A stretch of DNA of 63,568 nucleotides, the filler included, from Lenisia limosa (lineage: Eukaryota > Protista > Breviatea), in NCBI GenBank assembly GCA_001655205.1. It is 10 parts of 10 records of this genome, joined end to end, with 100 filler letters (N's around TTAATTAATTAA, not from the genome) between each part and the next. Parts side by side here need not be neighbours in the genome. Positions count along the whole stretch, not along the records: positions 1 to 7,648 come from LPNZ01008733.1; positions 7,749 to 12,450 come from LPNZ01009994.1; positions 12,551 to 28,051 come from LPNZ01007934.1; 7 more parts are not named here. One strand, 5' to 3'. A program made the position numbers and the translations under genes. The stretch's first letter is position 1. Each line of letters opens with the position of its first letter. Shown here in pieces: positions 1 through 12,654 of the stretch. The notes beneath the pieces were generated by a model. The model ran no database searches. It was not told the origin of the DNA and saw nothing but the letters and a program-made list of their open reading frames with translations.

Positions 1-1
1 G

Positions 2-3000
2 GTGCACGCATTGAACTGTTTGACAGCATTGATGCGGTGCGCCGAAGTCGGCACGGAGGGCCGTTCGTACCTCGAGGCGGCTGTCATTGTGAGGATCTGA
101 GGAGCTCTTGGTTGTTGCGTCCTGTTGTTACTGTTACCTTCCGCCAATACTTGTGCCTCATGACGATAGTCTAACATCGTACTTCGGCCTAATTCAATCT
201 TTATTCTGCTGTGTACTAAGACTAGTATTATTCTGTTATCCAATTTTATTTTATTTCTCATTTCTTCATACTACCACATGTTTGTTCAGTAACGCATCAG
301 TTGGCGGTTCATGGTTTCGAGAGTCCCGACTGGCGCATCCGCAACTCCTGCATGATGCTCTACGGCGCCTGTGTTGACAGGTTGGCTGCCTAATGACTGC
401 GTGACTATAATAATCAGTATGGCGTATTAAAAATCGCAACAGGCGTCTGAGTATCTGCTGGATTCTTGTGTAGTCAACCGCTGGATCCTTATGATCCTAG
501 ATTCAATAGAGACTTTACTGCAGAAAAACAATATTCACATTACTATTCTAGGGGCCTTGGTACTAAGACGGTTTCGGCTGATGGCGATGAACGAAACGCC
601 TTTACTGCAACTGAGTTCTTCAACAGATACAAGGTGGGGTATTTCTTGGGGGGTTTTCTCATGGTGAAGNNNNNNNNNNNNNNNNNNNNNNNNNNNNNNN
701 NNNNNNNNNNNNNNNNNNNNNNNNNNNNNNNNNNNNNNNNNNNNNNNNNNNNNNNNNNNNNNNNNNNNTTCCTCAAAAAAGAGTTTGCACTGGGTTTTCT
801 CATTCAAAATAGCCAGAAACTATTACTATGTCAATGTGCGTCAGCTCCACGTTAGAATATTATAAAAATATATACAAGTACACCAGTATATTGAGAAACA
901 GGCTATCTTTTCTCGCAGTGGAGAAATGTAGGCTTTTGAATTTTTTCTAAGAGCCTGGTGGTTCGTGGGTAATTATTTCCTGATTTACAAACGCGTTTTG
1001 AATGAACCTTGTTGAATGCTTTCTCTTCTTAAAATAAAGCTTTACTAAGTCAAAAACTAACCTTAGCTGTGCTTAGGGTCATTGTCCTGTTGAAAGATGG
1101 CGTTCCTGAGGTTGAGGTGGCCACAGCACATCTGAAGAAAATGGTCAAGATTATGAAAGTTCAAAACAAACTAAGACAATGAACCCCATATCTACATACA
1201 GTTTAATGTTACATTCCATTAGAAATAAAAAGAAGATTTAACAACAAAACATTCTGTCAACCATCACCTAACATCACCCCTCACCTTTAAAGAAGGTTTA
1301 ACTTGTCGATGAAGGAGATTGCGGAGGTAGTTGACCTTTAGAAAGGTGCCATTCTTTGGNNNNNNNNNNNNNNNNNNNNNNNNNNNNNNNNNNNNNNNNN
1401 NNNNNNNNNNNNNNNNGAAAAAGTGCAGTTAGAAAAAACCACAAATGGGTCAAAAATGCCATTTTTTATTTGTGAACCCAACTTGCCTAATATGGAAGGT
1501 TGAATTTGGTGAATGGCAAAAATCAAAATGTATGTCAAAAATAAGAATTTTGGTGCAATTCAGACTTAAAAAGGCCTATTTTGCGAAAAATATTAACAAA
1601 AAACTTTTTGCCATTACTTATGTAACTCACTGTATGTTCAATATTTGCTGTTGGGAAATCAGACAATAGAAAACAGTAGCCTACGGAAAAGAAGTTTAAC
1701 TAGAAGGGATGCGTAAGAACGCATTTTTTTGAACACTTTCGAGGCTTCAACTTCCACTAGCGCGAAGATTATTTCTAATTTACTAATCATATTCATAAAA
1801 ATTGGAAAATTGTATTGAAGAATTAATCATTGTTTCAATTTTCAAACTGGTATGAAAAGAGATGGTTGGTTGATGTTCTCAAGACCAATGTACATAGGGG
1901 GATAGAAGCCGGCTTAATGGTGTAATCTGTTGATTGTGTTTCTTAAAGGGTAAATGTTAAACAATAAAGCTCCGAGACATACTTGTTAGGCTGTCTTTCC
2001 TTAACAGGCAATGCCTTCTAGATTCCCCTCTCATGATACACACCAGTTCAGTGAAGAGAATTTTTGCAGAAACTATATTTGTACCTAATGCCGAAACGAA
2101 ACTTGACAGCCTAGTCTGCTAACTAAGGAATCTCATTTTGTTTCCCTCTTTGGCTATATAATATTGAATTTTGAGAGAAAAATGTTCAAATTAGTGCTTT
2201 AAGGTCAAACTTTCCCGGATAGTTGCCAATTATTCCTTGAATGTGGCCGATTATAAAGGTTTTGGTTGTTTGTGGCAGTTGCCGCAAACGGATAGCCAAG
2301 TGACTTAATTTGGGTTTGAGCCAAGAATGTGTAAAAATCGCANNNNNNNNNNNNNNNNNNNNNNNNNNNNNNNNNNNNNNNNNNNNNNNNNNNNNNNNNN
2401 NNNNNNNNNNNNNNNNNNNNNNNNNNNNNNNNNNNNNNNNNNNNNNNNNNNNNNNNNNNNNNNNNNNNNNNNNNNNNNNNNNNNNNNNNNNNNNNNNNNN
2501 TGTTTTGTTGTTCTCAAATCTAGTGTGTTGCCAACAGAGTTAATTTGGGCTTTTTTATATTAAATTCTACCCCCCCCCCTGACACACCCAGAAACTCCAC
2601 GGCTTCCTGTTGTCCCGTTTGGACCATGCCACGTCACTGCAGGAGAAGCTTGGTGGCGGCGCGGTGCACCCCGCTCTTTACCCTGTTCTCATGTTGATCT
2701 CGCGTCTTCGTCCGGCCGCGCATGACGTGGGGGGTTACTGTAAATTGACAGTATTAAAACATCGTTTTGTGTGTGTATATATGAAGTGCTTCATTAACTT
2801 TACGTTTTTTTTATGGTTTATCTCCTTCCCCTAACACACATAGACCAATTCGGAGTTTGGCCTTCTCCCCTTCGCTCCCCTTCTCCTGCGTTGCAGCGTC
2901 GTAGCTAATATGCTGTGTAGAGACATGGCCGCAAATGCTCTCGCTGCAGCCTGCTCTGCTGATGTTGGGTGCGGATTTTACATACTCTACCTTGTACTCG

Positions 3001-6000
3001 TTTCATAGCGGTTGAACATTTGATCTCGATCTTCTTGGTATTATTTAGATCTAATATCCAGCAATAATTCACCATCATCTTTGATAATCTTGCTGACGTC
3101 TTCAGAATGTGTCATTCACCATTGCGGCGATTGGCAACGAAATGGCCGGCTTGGGGCGGAAGATGTAGGCAAAATTCTCTTTGTCCATTGTTCAGCACAG
3201 ATTTCATCCATCACAATGTATTAATAATTAATAAATGTACAACATTTTGTATATATCTGACACTCCAGTCTGACGAAGCAAAACTGGCTACATGGCCAAC
3301 TACTCATTATCGCGTCCACACTTCGCGCCTTGCCCCAAGCCTGTGACAAGGAGGTGTGTGTTGTTTCATTTCTTCTGTGCTCCTATTTTGATTTTTTAAA
3401 AAAAACGTGATACCCCCCGCCTCCCTCTTGTTGGTCCTTTCGGTTTCATAAATTTGCCCATTTGTACGCTGGAGTGATGGGATGCGGTGCTGNNNNNNNN
3501 NNNNNNNNNNNNNNNNNNNNNNNNNNNNNNNNNNNNNNNNNNNNNNNNNNNNNNNNNNNNNNNNNNNNNNNNNNNNNNNNNNNNNNNNNNNNNNNNNNNN
3601 NNNNNNNNNNNNNNNNNNNNNNNNNNNNNNNNNNNNNNNNNNNNNNNNNNNNNNNNNNNNNNNNNNNNNNNNNNNNNNNNNNNNNNNNNNNNNNNNNNNN
3701 NNNNNNNNNNNNNNNNNNNNNNNNNTAAACGCGTAGAATCACGTCATGAATAGAATATCGTCGGATAGGCCTTCTTTTGAATAGTACCAGAGGATGATAC
3801 TGATACGAAACTATTTGATAGTAACAATACTCAAATGTGACACCCTGCAGTCTTTTTACAAATCAGGTCAAAACCACGGAACAGAGCCGAACTGCCGCCA
3901 GTCTGACCCAGACGGCAGTGATCTCGGCTCTGGCACCCGGGTGTGAATCCGAGGCTCCCGGGTCTAGTCTCATGCGTGTGGCGGCTGTGGATGCGTTTGG
4001 GGGGAGAGCGTTGCGTCGCAATGATCGTCAATTATGCCAGCTTGTCTTGGAATCACATTAATCAATTTTATTTGAGGCTTTATTGTGTCTTTAAGCTTTG
4101 TTGTTCCGTCCACTCAATTTCCCGTTCAGGGTGCTGGCGACAATGAAGGTGACTGCATCGTCAGACCTCTGGCAAAAAACCCTGCTCATGGCCATTGAGC
4201 ACGATGACTTTGGCGTGAGGGAAAGAGCACTGGGTCGTATGGTCAAGGTGGGCGGTACTCACATTAGCCCCTTTTAACCACATGGTACAACAGTACTCAA
4301 ACCAATACCTGTCGTCCACCCCCCCCCCCTTGCTAAAATGTCAATTGATACCCCAATGAATAAGCTATTTAAGATGCTCTCAACTATTCCTCGACTCCAG
4401 CTTTACAATGCACGCGTGACCCCCCTCCCCCCCAGGCTATTGAAACTGAAGCGCACGGCAGCCTCGCTAAATTCGCTCTCAGCCAGGCCCCCCTACTCAT
4501 TCAGCAAATTAGTGGGGGGGGGGGGGNNNNNNNNNNNNNNNNNNNNNNNNNNNNNNNNNNNNNNNNNNNNNNNNNNNNNNNNNNNNNNNNNNNNNNNNNN
4601 NNNNNNNNNNNNNNNNNNNNNNNNNNNNNNNNNNNNNNNNNNNNNNNNNNNNNNNNNNNNNNNNNNNNNNNNNNNNNNNNNNNNNNNNNNNNNNNNNNNN
4701 NNNNNNNNNNNNNNNNNNNNNNNNNNNNNNNNNNNNNNNNNNNNNNNNNNNNNNNNNNNNNNNNNNNNNNNNNNNNNNNNNNNNNNNNNNNNNNNNNNNN
4801 NNNNNNNNNNNNNNNNNNNNNNNNNNNNTAATGTTGGATTGTTACCTTAGTGCTGAGATGGCACGCAGAAAGCTGAGTGTACAGTTAATGCAAATGATTA
4901 TGGAAATTACTATTAATCTATCATTCAATATCTGATGGCAACCAGATACAACCTTTAATATTTCTCATCTTTGACATAAATTATATCGGGTGAACATTTT
5001 TGTACAGCGATGGCAATGGACATTATGAGTCTTTCATGACTGACCTCATAGGTGACATGAAGAACCCTGTTTCCGACCCTGTTGTCAGACATCTTGGTAG
5101 GTTCCCCTGTTCTCTTGATAATACCCCCCCCCNNNNNNNNNNNNNNNNNNNNNNNNNNNNNNNNNNNNNNNNNNNNNNNNNNNNNNNNNNNNNNNNNNNN
5201 NNNNNNNNNNNNNNNNNNNNNNNNNNNNNNNNNNNNNNNNNNNNNNNNNNNNNNNNNAGCATCCCCCTATTGGACAAGTCTTATTCTGTAGCACTCGAGA
5301 TTATTGCCCACTCCGACACACCCCTTCTCTTATCTCGTCTCCACCCCGACCGCAAGAGTATTGTTCGAGGGGCTATTTCATTCTCTTATCCCTAGGGCTT
5401 CACTTCGGTTCGAAAAAGGCCGGTAAAATATCGATGGTTTTCGAGGATTTATCAAGAAATTCAGTCTTTTTTCGAACCGAACTGAAGCCCTACTTAACCA
5501 GTCTTCATCCCGACCGTTAGAGTATTGTCTGGGGGATATTATTCAACTGGTTATGTGATTTGATTTTGTCGCGAGAAAAAAGGGGGGCAGGCGAGAGGGG
5601 GGCATGGCACATTCATATCTTTTACCCTACAGCCTTTCCCCCCCTGACCCCGCAGGTCAGCGTCATTGACAAGCTCCTCTCCGGCACGCGCGACATTCGG
5701 CTGCAGACGGCTGGTCTGAAGGTGCTGGGACGAGCCGCTGGCGAGGCTGACGAGAAGCAGGCCGCCTCTGTGCCCCAAATGCTTGCTACTGAAATCTCGG
5801 TTTGTCAGTTTCCCATGACACCGACAACTTTGTGTCACCAGATTGTTCCGAATGGAAACAACACGGCAATTCAGCTAACTCATGACTTAGAATGCACGTG
5901 AGGCGTGGACGTATCATTGCACAGAATACGCACGTGACTGCCACCCCGCCACTGTGAGCAAATAATATTACCGTCAAAAAATTTTCACTATTCTATTATT

Positions 6001-7572
6001 TTCATGAATCATGGTAGTGTGTTTCATCATCTTTTGTTATTCTTATCACGAATAGGTCTATGATTCATCCTTAATGTCATGTTCTTCATTGTCACATTTC
6101 AGGTCCGGGCCGGGGCGCTGGAGTCAATTGCTCGCAGGGGCCTCTTGAGACCTGAAGATGAAGTGGATATTGAGGCAAGTCGCGCCGCCATTGGACCATG
6201 GAAGGTNNNNNNNNNNNNNNNNNNNNNNNNNNNNNNNNNNNNNNNNNNNNNNNNNNNNNNNNNNNNNNNNNNNNNNNNNNNNNNNNNNNNNNNNNNNNNN
6301 NNNNNNNNNNNNNNNNNNNNNNNNNNNNNNNNNNNNNNNNNNNNNNNNNNNNNNNNNNNNNNNNNNNNNNNNNNNNNNNNNNNNNNNNNNNNNNNNNNGT
6401 GAGGGGGGGGGGGTCCTTAACGGAGCTTCCCTGATTTTTACTATCCTTCGTGAGCTTCCCTTTGAGCTTCACTGATTTTAAAAATCCTTCGTGAGCTTCC
6501 CTGATTTTGCAGTGCAAAGAGCGCTGGACGTGGCGTGGGAGGTGGTTGCCACCCTCATTGACAGGGTAGAAGGCCCCCAAGCCTTGGCCGACCATTTGCT
6601 CTCCTATCTGAAGGCGAAGAAGGAAGGTTTGTTCGGAATCAGATTAACTGGAAATTAGGGCTTCACTTCGGTTCGAAAAGGATTGATACAATATCGATAT
6701 TTATCGAAGATTCATCGAGAAATTCAGTCTTTTTTGAACCGAAGTGAAACCCTGCAGGCAATGTTCAATGGTTGTATTATAAGAACAATCGATAAGTTGT
6801 CAAGAAAGCAATGATGGTTTTGATCAGCAGCCCTTGTTTCAACTCAGTGCTCTCGATTTTCACCTCGTCAGCCTCGGCAGTTCTCCACGAAACCAGTGCG
6901 GACCGTTCAGCCATGTTTGGCCGCGATATGGACAACCTGTGTGCCGAGCAGTGTCAGGAGATCCAGCAGGCTGCAAGACTTCTCTGCCAACTGGCGCAGN
7001 NNNNNNNNNNNNNNNNNNNNNNNNNNNNNNNNNNNNNNNNNNNNNNNNNNNNNNNNNNNNNNNNNNNNNNNNNNNNNNNNNNNNNNNNNNNNNNNNNNNN
7101 NNNNNNNNNNNNNNNNNNNNNNNNNNNNNNNNNNNNNNNNNAGCAGTCGACACGGTCAAAGCCATGGCCGAGCGCCTCTTCGCCTTGCCTGACGCTGAGC
7201 CCCTTTGTGCGTCGTACCATCCCCAGGTTCGTGAGGAGGGGGGGATGTTTCTCTAAAATTTGTGCTATTCAATGCATGTGAGTACATATGATATTATATT
7301 ATGTAAATGTTCGCATTTGTTCCATCAATCACCCGTGACTTAATTCTGTCCCTTGCTTTATCCCTTGTCTTTCCCCTTACTTTGTCTGCTTTGTCCCTTG
7401 CCTAGCAGTGATACGTACATTTCCTTACCCCTTCAGCCGTTTGTTGTGATGTATACTCACCTTATTGTGACCGTTGCGCTGAGGTCCGTCATCAGCCCCG
7501 AGAAGATGGAAGGTAAGGCCTTGTGATAAGACGTCAATATTGGCAGTTTGCATGACAGGCGTAGGAGTCTGA
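2..7572 (+). CDS. THADA: THADA/Trm732-like armadillo-repeat protein (DUF2428 region to C-terminus), multi-exon, 5' truncated
   Basis: Spliced exons read VHALNCLTALMRCAEVGTEGRSYLEAAVI (2-88), QLAVHGFESPDWRIRNSCMMLYGACVDR (~290-379), AFTATEFFNRYK (~598-633), LHGFLLSRL..VHPALYPVLMLISRL (~2591-2726), PFAPLLLRCSVVANMLCRDMAANAL (~2845-2968), QNWLHGQLL (~3270-3352) and AMFGRDMDNLCAE (~6820-6999). These are collinear with recalled THADA motifs VHALNILRALF, GFTSPVWAVRNSSTLLF, MTGREFFSRFP, HPSMFLLLLVLERL, REMAARAL and QNHIHGTLL. The stop (GV*) at 7570-7572 is tentative and several exons are lost in N gaps. Confidence 0.9.
1062..1131 (-). mobile_element. Degenerate Tc1/mariner (IS630) transposase fragment, antisense within a THADA intron
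   Basis: Minus strand reads MCCGHLNLRNAIFQQDNDPKHS* (FQQDNDPKH at 1069-1095), the conserved second-Asp motif of DDE_3 transposases. CACAGCTAAG looks like CAC ACA GCT AAG (HTAK) with a 2-nt deletion. Flanked by a cttcag acceptor and a gttagt donor. Confidence 0.65.
2501..2567. repeat. Dispersed repeat family C (~110 bp)
   Basis: GGCCTGGGCTTTGTTTGTTTTGTTGTTCTCAACCCTTGTGTG..CCAACAGAGTTRATTTGGGCTTTTT recurs at ~2501-2567, 11180-11232 (rc), 30170-30240 (rc), 33428-33466, 50627-50652 (rc), 51395-51480 (rc) and 62543-62612. Confidence 0.75.
5393..5492. mobile_element. MITE family A (hAT-like, ~100 bp)
   Basis: TIR TAGGGCTTCACTTCGGTTCGAAAA ... TTTTCGAACCGAACTGAAGCCCTA; flanks CTTATCCC / CTTAACCA (6/8 match, degenerate 8-bp TSD). 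Confidence 0.85.
6656..6754. mobile_element. MITE family A copy
   Basis: TAGGGCTTCACTTCGGTTCGAAAA...TTTTGAACCGAAGTGAAACCCTG; flanks CTGGAAAT / CAGGCAAT (6/8); intronic in THADA. Confidence 0.85.
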
Positions 7573-7648
7573 ATGTGGTGAGGATAGGGGATTTAGAGTG
7601 TACCCCTCTCCACTTCCTCCAGACGCTGGAGGTGTGTGTATGGGGATA

Positions 7649-7748
7649 NNNNNNNNNNNNNNNNNNNNNNNNNNNNNNNNNNNNNNNNNNNNTTAATTAA
7701 TTAANNNNNNNNNNNNNNNNNNNNNNNNNNNNNNNNNNNNNNNNNNNN
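7649..7748. other. Artificial contig linker (44 N + TTAATTAATTAA + 44 N)
   Basis: Identical 100-nt structure at 7649-7748, 12451-12550, 28052-28151, 33467-33566, 50527-50626, 52761-52860, 57309-57408, 59677-59776 and 61972-62071; the 12-mer has stops in all six frames. Confidence 0.98.
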
Positions 7749-7810
7749 TGTGCCACGTCCATTCAGGGTAAACTGATAAACTGCATTCCACTGATTGTGG
7801 ACTGATTATT

Positions 7811-10410
7811 ATGAGGAGTGATGCCTATGTTTCTTTCTTTCGGAGGGGTTCACAACTCAGGGGTTTAGCTGATACCCTATTTCAGCTTCATTTAGCTGGG
7901 ATAGTCACACTCTTTGTGTCCACGTTCTTTTTTGAAGTATCATTGGCTTGGAGCTGTGTCACAATTCCTGCTCCTGTTTTGTAAGCGGCAACTTGTCTTC
8001 TATTCTTGGATTCATTTGCATAGTTTATCTTATTTGGTATCCTTGTCCTCTCGTTAGAAAACTGATAAACAGTGATAGCGTGATTTTTCTCTAACTTCCC
8101 TTTAGATGAATTTTATTATGTAGGTGTATCTTGGTATTTTTCATCTGGTTTAAAGATACAAAAGGTTGGTGGCTTCTTATCATACAACTACAAGATTATT
8201 ATGGAAAGAACTAATGTTTCAGCTACTAAGCCCCTTGTCATTGCCAACTCTGAGATTGAAAGTGTTGTTAATGACACCACTCGACGCGTAAGGGGATAGG
8301 ATATCTCTTGTGCATTTGTGACATTTTTATTACATATCATTGTAGTATATTAACATTTTGTATGAATTTACATTTTTATTCAACAGCAATTTCTTGTACA
8401 TTACTGAAAACCAAGGTTGGATACTTTGAGCCTTCTTTCCTGATGTCCCTCGGTGTTTTGCAAACATTGCTTGGATTGTTACGAAAAGTTCCAAGTCCTC
8501 ATTATTACCGCTTTCTCTTCACGTTTGCGAGTGTTTTTATTCCACATAAAATAAGTTGGTGCTTTTTACATTTAGGATTACAGAACCCTATGGTGAATCT
8601 GCAGTAGATGTAAACGGGCGTTATGCTGCTGAAGTCCTTAAGAAGTCTCAATATGTTGGTTTTGAAACGAATACTTTATAAATTGCATCTCTATCTAATA
8701 TCGGGCCGTATTTATTCTGTAGTTTACGCATACTGAGCATCCGAAGAACAAGAGTTTCCCCAAAGAGCAAACTTCTCTAATACCCCCTCGTGCTATTGCC
8801 ATTTTGCTTCATGGCCTCACTGGTGAAGGGCTCTTTCTGTTTTATTGATGGCTGTGTTTGAAACGATTACAAGGGGTTTTCTTTATTACTATCGCAGGAG
8901 GAAGTCACGAAGGATATATGAAAGGAATCAGTTCAGAACTGGCTAAGCATAACATTCAGACGGTTTCAATAATTGCTCGTGGATGCTGCCACACAAAACT
9001 CGCCTCTCACACCCGTATGTAAACGGTGATGTCCTAGAAAGAGTTACAGCTCTCTTATTTCTCAGCCTTTTCCTTGAGCTTCACTGAGGACCTTCGAGAG
9101 TTGGTGAGGTTTCTTCATCTTGAGTTTCCTGATACTCCTCTCTTCGCTATTGGCCATTCATTGGGTTCAGTACAGGTGGGTCAAAATTGGAAGTTTTTTT
9201 TATCCTGCTTTGGCTTCTATTCATATCTCATTATCTACTTATTAGGTTCCCCTCATATCACTTTTTGAGTCATTCTCATATACTATGTGAACTATCCTTT
9301 TCCACGCAGTGATATGACGCTCATATCCACTCGTATGATAATTGACTGACAAGTCTAAATGAACTCTGATGCACTCGGATTGAACCCTCGTGTTATCTTT
9401 GTTCATCATTTCGACACGAAAGTCAGTCATATGATCATGGATATGGATCAACACCTCTATCACTACCTAGCTTGCAAAGTATCTTTCTGAAGGCCCAACT
9501 GGGCTCAAGGCAGCGGTGTGTGTTTCCAACCCAATGGTATCAGTGTTGCCGCATTTTTGTTTTGTTTTACTCTTGAACGGGTCACTTCTATTGTTTGCAC
9601 TTTTTTCACCTTTCAGAGCCCAATGAGCACCGATAAGAAGCTTGAAGAAGGCTTTCTTAATCGACATTTAATTCTCCCCAAGCTAAATCAAAGACTCTGG
9701 GGATTTATGAAGATTCACAAGGATATGGTGGGTGAATTGGCTCTTCTTGAACAGAATTTACATGCTTAGTTGTCCCAAAATAAGGAAGTAGACGTGAGCT
9801 TTTTGAAAGGAAATGTGGTAAGTGAGATTTTTTTTGTTTTATTGACATATTTAGAAAGAATACAATATGAAGTTTATGGAGGAAGCAGTCATTTGTCCAA
9901 ACTTTGGGTCTGCTGGTTGTTACAATTCAATAAAGTTGTCATCTACCACAAAATTTTATTGAACAGATATTGTGATAGAGAAGAGTATTATAAAGATGCT
10001 TCAACAATAGGACGTTTCTCAAGACTCGACAAAGCCACCCCTGCCATCTTTCTCCTTGCTCGAGGTAAATTTTGTTATTTTTAATCATAAAGTCATTCAT
10101 AATCATTAGTCTTTTATGGTTAGAAATTTTAACAATCTCATTGTTTACACTCACAATCATTTAGATGACCCATATGTTGAACATTCTGTTATTTTAAATG
10201 CAATTGAAGAGTCTGAAAAAGTGGAGAACTCCCCTGCCTCTTTCATTATTACTCCCTGCGGTTGGGTCACTTCTACCACCAATGATATTGATATTTATAG
10301 GCGGGCATTTAGGCTGGCTTTCTCAGCTCTCCTTAGAGTCCACAGCCTGGTCAGAGCAGTTTTTGGCTACGTTTCTTGACAGCTTTCTTCAAGATGAAAC
10401 TGAAGAGTAG
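7811..10410 (+). CDS. Alpha/beta hydrolase of the ABHD1/2/3 (YheT) family, multi-exon
   Basis: Spliced exons: ILLHGLTG|GSHEGY..IARGCC, SFTEDLRELVRFLHLEFPDTPLFAIGHSLG (GxSxG, ~9160-9170), LKAAVCVSNPM, EEYYKDAS..PAIFLLAR|DDP (catalytic Asp), ITPC|GGHLGW (catalytic His), ending DETEE* at TAG 10408-10410. The 5' exons and start are tentative. Confidence 0.88.
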
Positions 10411-11344
10411 ATTCTTGTTTTTTTAGTTCTGATGGGAACATTATTTTTGGCTGTTGCTGGGTTCCGAAATTGTTTTTGTTAATTGTTCTAGACACCATGG
10501 GGTGGGTAATACGAAAAGAAAATGTGTATAATATACTATAATATACCATATATCATGGTATGTGTTATACGTGAAGAAACTTTTTCTTCTCTTTAAGCAA
10601 CATGGGTGTATAACGTCAACGCATTCTAGAATACTGGTGGAAACCACAGTGGGAGGGGCAGGTCTCATCTAAGCAGCATCCAAGGCGGTTGCACTACAAG
10701 ATCCCACCCCCCCCCCTACNNNNNNNNNNNNNNNNNNNNNNNNGAACACAACTAATACGCGAATTCTACACTCAAGTCAGGGAGGGTGGGAAGAGCAACT
10801 GTGTCTGGAAGGCCATATAGGTCTCTGGGCCTGGGGAGGGGATTAAACTACTGTTGTTGAATCAATAGACAAACGAGAAAAACACAACACTGAGCTAACA
10901 TAACAGTACAGAGGAGGGGGGGGGGGGNNNNNNNNNNNNNNNNNNNNNNNNNNNNNNNNNNNNNNNNNNNNNNNNNNNNNNNNNNNNNNNNNNNNNNNNN
11001 NNNNNNNNNNNNNNNNNNNNNNNNNNNNNNACTCGTTGACTGACAACACACAAAGGAAGCAAAGCACCGTCACTCCAGCATACGGGAAAACGAAGGAAAC
11101 TTTGATAACATTGGCGTGAGGGGGGAAGAAAGAAAAAAGTAACAAAACCCCTAAGAATCAACTCTGTTAGCTAAGCATTTAGGAAACACACAAGGGTTAA
11201 AAACAACAAAACTAGCAAAGCCCAGGCCAATCACTTCTGTAGTACTGTATCCAAACACTGAAATATTGATGAAACAAAAATCACTAGGGTCCCCTTTTTC
11301 ATCAATTTATTCTCATAATTTCCTTATTCCCCCCTCCCCCCATC

Positions 11345-11998
11345 CACCTGAGGCCATGGGAGTCATTAGAGGGCCACGGCGCGCTGGCGCCACGTTCTTT
11401 AGCCATATGGCGCTCCCGGTCATATTTGGGCTGGAGAGGGGGTAAAAAAAGATCACAAAACAAAAGAAGGAAACAAGGAAAATTTAAAAACAAAACAAGG
11501 TAAACTGTTGACTAGGAATTAATTATTATATTGAGGGGGGAGGGGTAGGTAATGAAAAGAATGATACTTTTTTTTTTTGATGAACATGATATTTTAAGCT
11601 ACCCCCCCCCCCCNNNNNNNNNNNNNNNNNNNNNNNNNNNNNNNNNNNNNNNNNNNNNNNNNNNNNNNNNNNNNNNNNNNNNNNNNNNNNNNNCGATCAG
11701 CAGCGTCGGACCGGGACTGGAGAGCAGGGCCGAAAATATTGTGTGACTTTGCAAGATCTCGGATTTCCGTTTTGATATCCCTCACACAAAGCTTGGCTGC
11801 CACACATCTGAGGGGTGGGGAGTAAAGTAGGAAATTTATGAAACAAAAACAAGGGTGGCATGGAATGTAAGAAAATTGACAAGGAGGGGGGGGGGAATGA
11901 ATAATATATATGATAATACAGCTGCAACATACTTGGAGTGAGCAGAGCGGAACAATTGGGCTACTTCACAGTCTTCTTCAAGATCATCTTGGATCTAC
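11345..11998 (-). CDS. Probable exons of an unidentified protein (partial)
   Basis: Phase-compatible GT-AG exons give IQDDLEEDCEVAQLFRSAHSK|CVAAKLCVRDIKTEIRDLAKSHNIFGPALQSRSDAAD and PKYDRERHMAKERGASAPWPSNDSHGL; no family recognised. Confidence 0.4.
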
Positions 11999-12654
11999 AA
12001 TCGGTTAAAATACTTAAACATATTTTGATTTGAAGTGTGATCAGGCAAATACTAAATCTTCCCACTTATCATAGTACATGCTTTATGTAGTATAGTATAT
12101 CATATGATATAACATGGTAGAAGAAGATAGGAAATGCGGCCGTGAGTATTTTTTGTGATTATTATCAAGTATATTTCCTTAGAATTCCTATTAATCAACA
12201 AATAGGCTTCAAATGGGATTCACAGTTTCAAAATTTGGGCTTCTTATTTAGAGCTCTATGTATCCCAAATATTGTACCTTGACAAGAATTTGAAACCGAC
12301 TTTTGAAATGAAGCAGAAAACAAACACCCCGAAAATGAAGGGTAACCAAAGTCAAGATTATACTCGTAATTTGGCGAAATAAACACAATATCATACAGTA
12401 TACCTATTGACTTGTTTTTCTTAAAAAATGAATATCGTAAAAAAAAAGAGNNNNNNNNNNNNNNNNNNNNNNNNNNNNNNNNNNNNNNNNNNNNTTAATT
12501 AATTAANNNNNNNNNNNNNNNNNNNNNNNNNNNNNNNNNNNNNNNNNNNNTTTCACAGATAGAGGAAAATTCACAGATATATGGACGGTGTGATATGTAG
12601 AACTAGTAATACCTTGTCCAGCATAACAGTATTCAAATTGTAGTCACCATGTAG

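Noticed and set aside
5400-5415. GGTTCGAA resembling a tRNA T-loop or B-box
   Set aside because: Part of the MITE A TIR; no cloverleaf or A-box. No tRNA or rRNA recognised in the window.
7693-7704. TTAATTAATTAA palindrome recurring nine times
   Set aside because: Always centred in exactly 44+44 Ns; an artificial six-frame-stop linker, not a biological motif.
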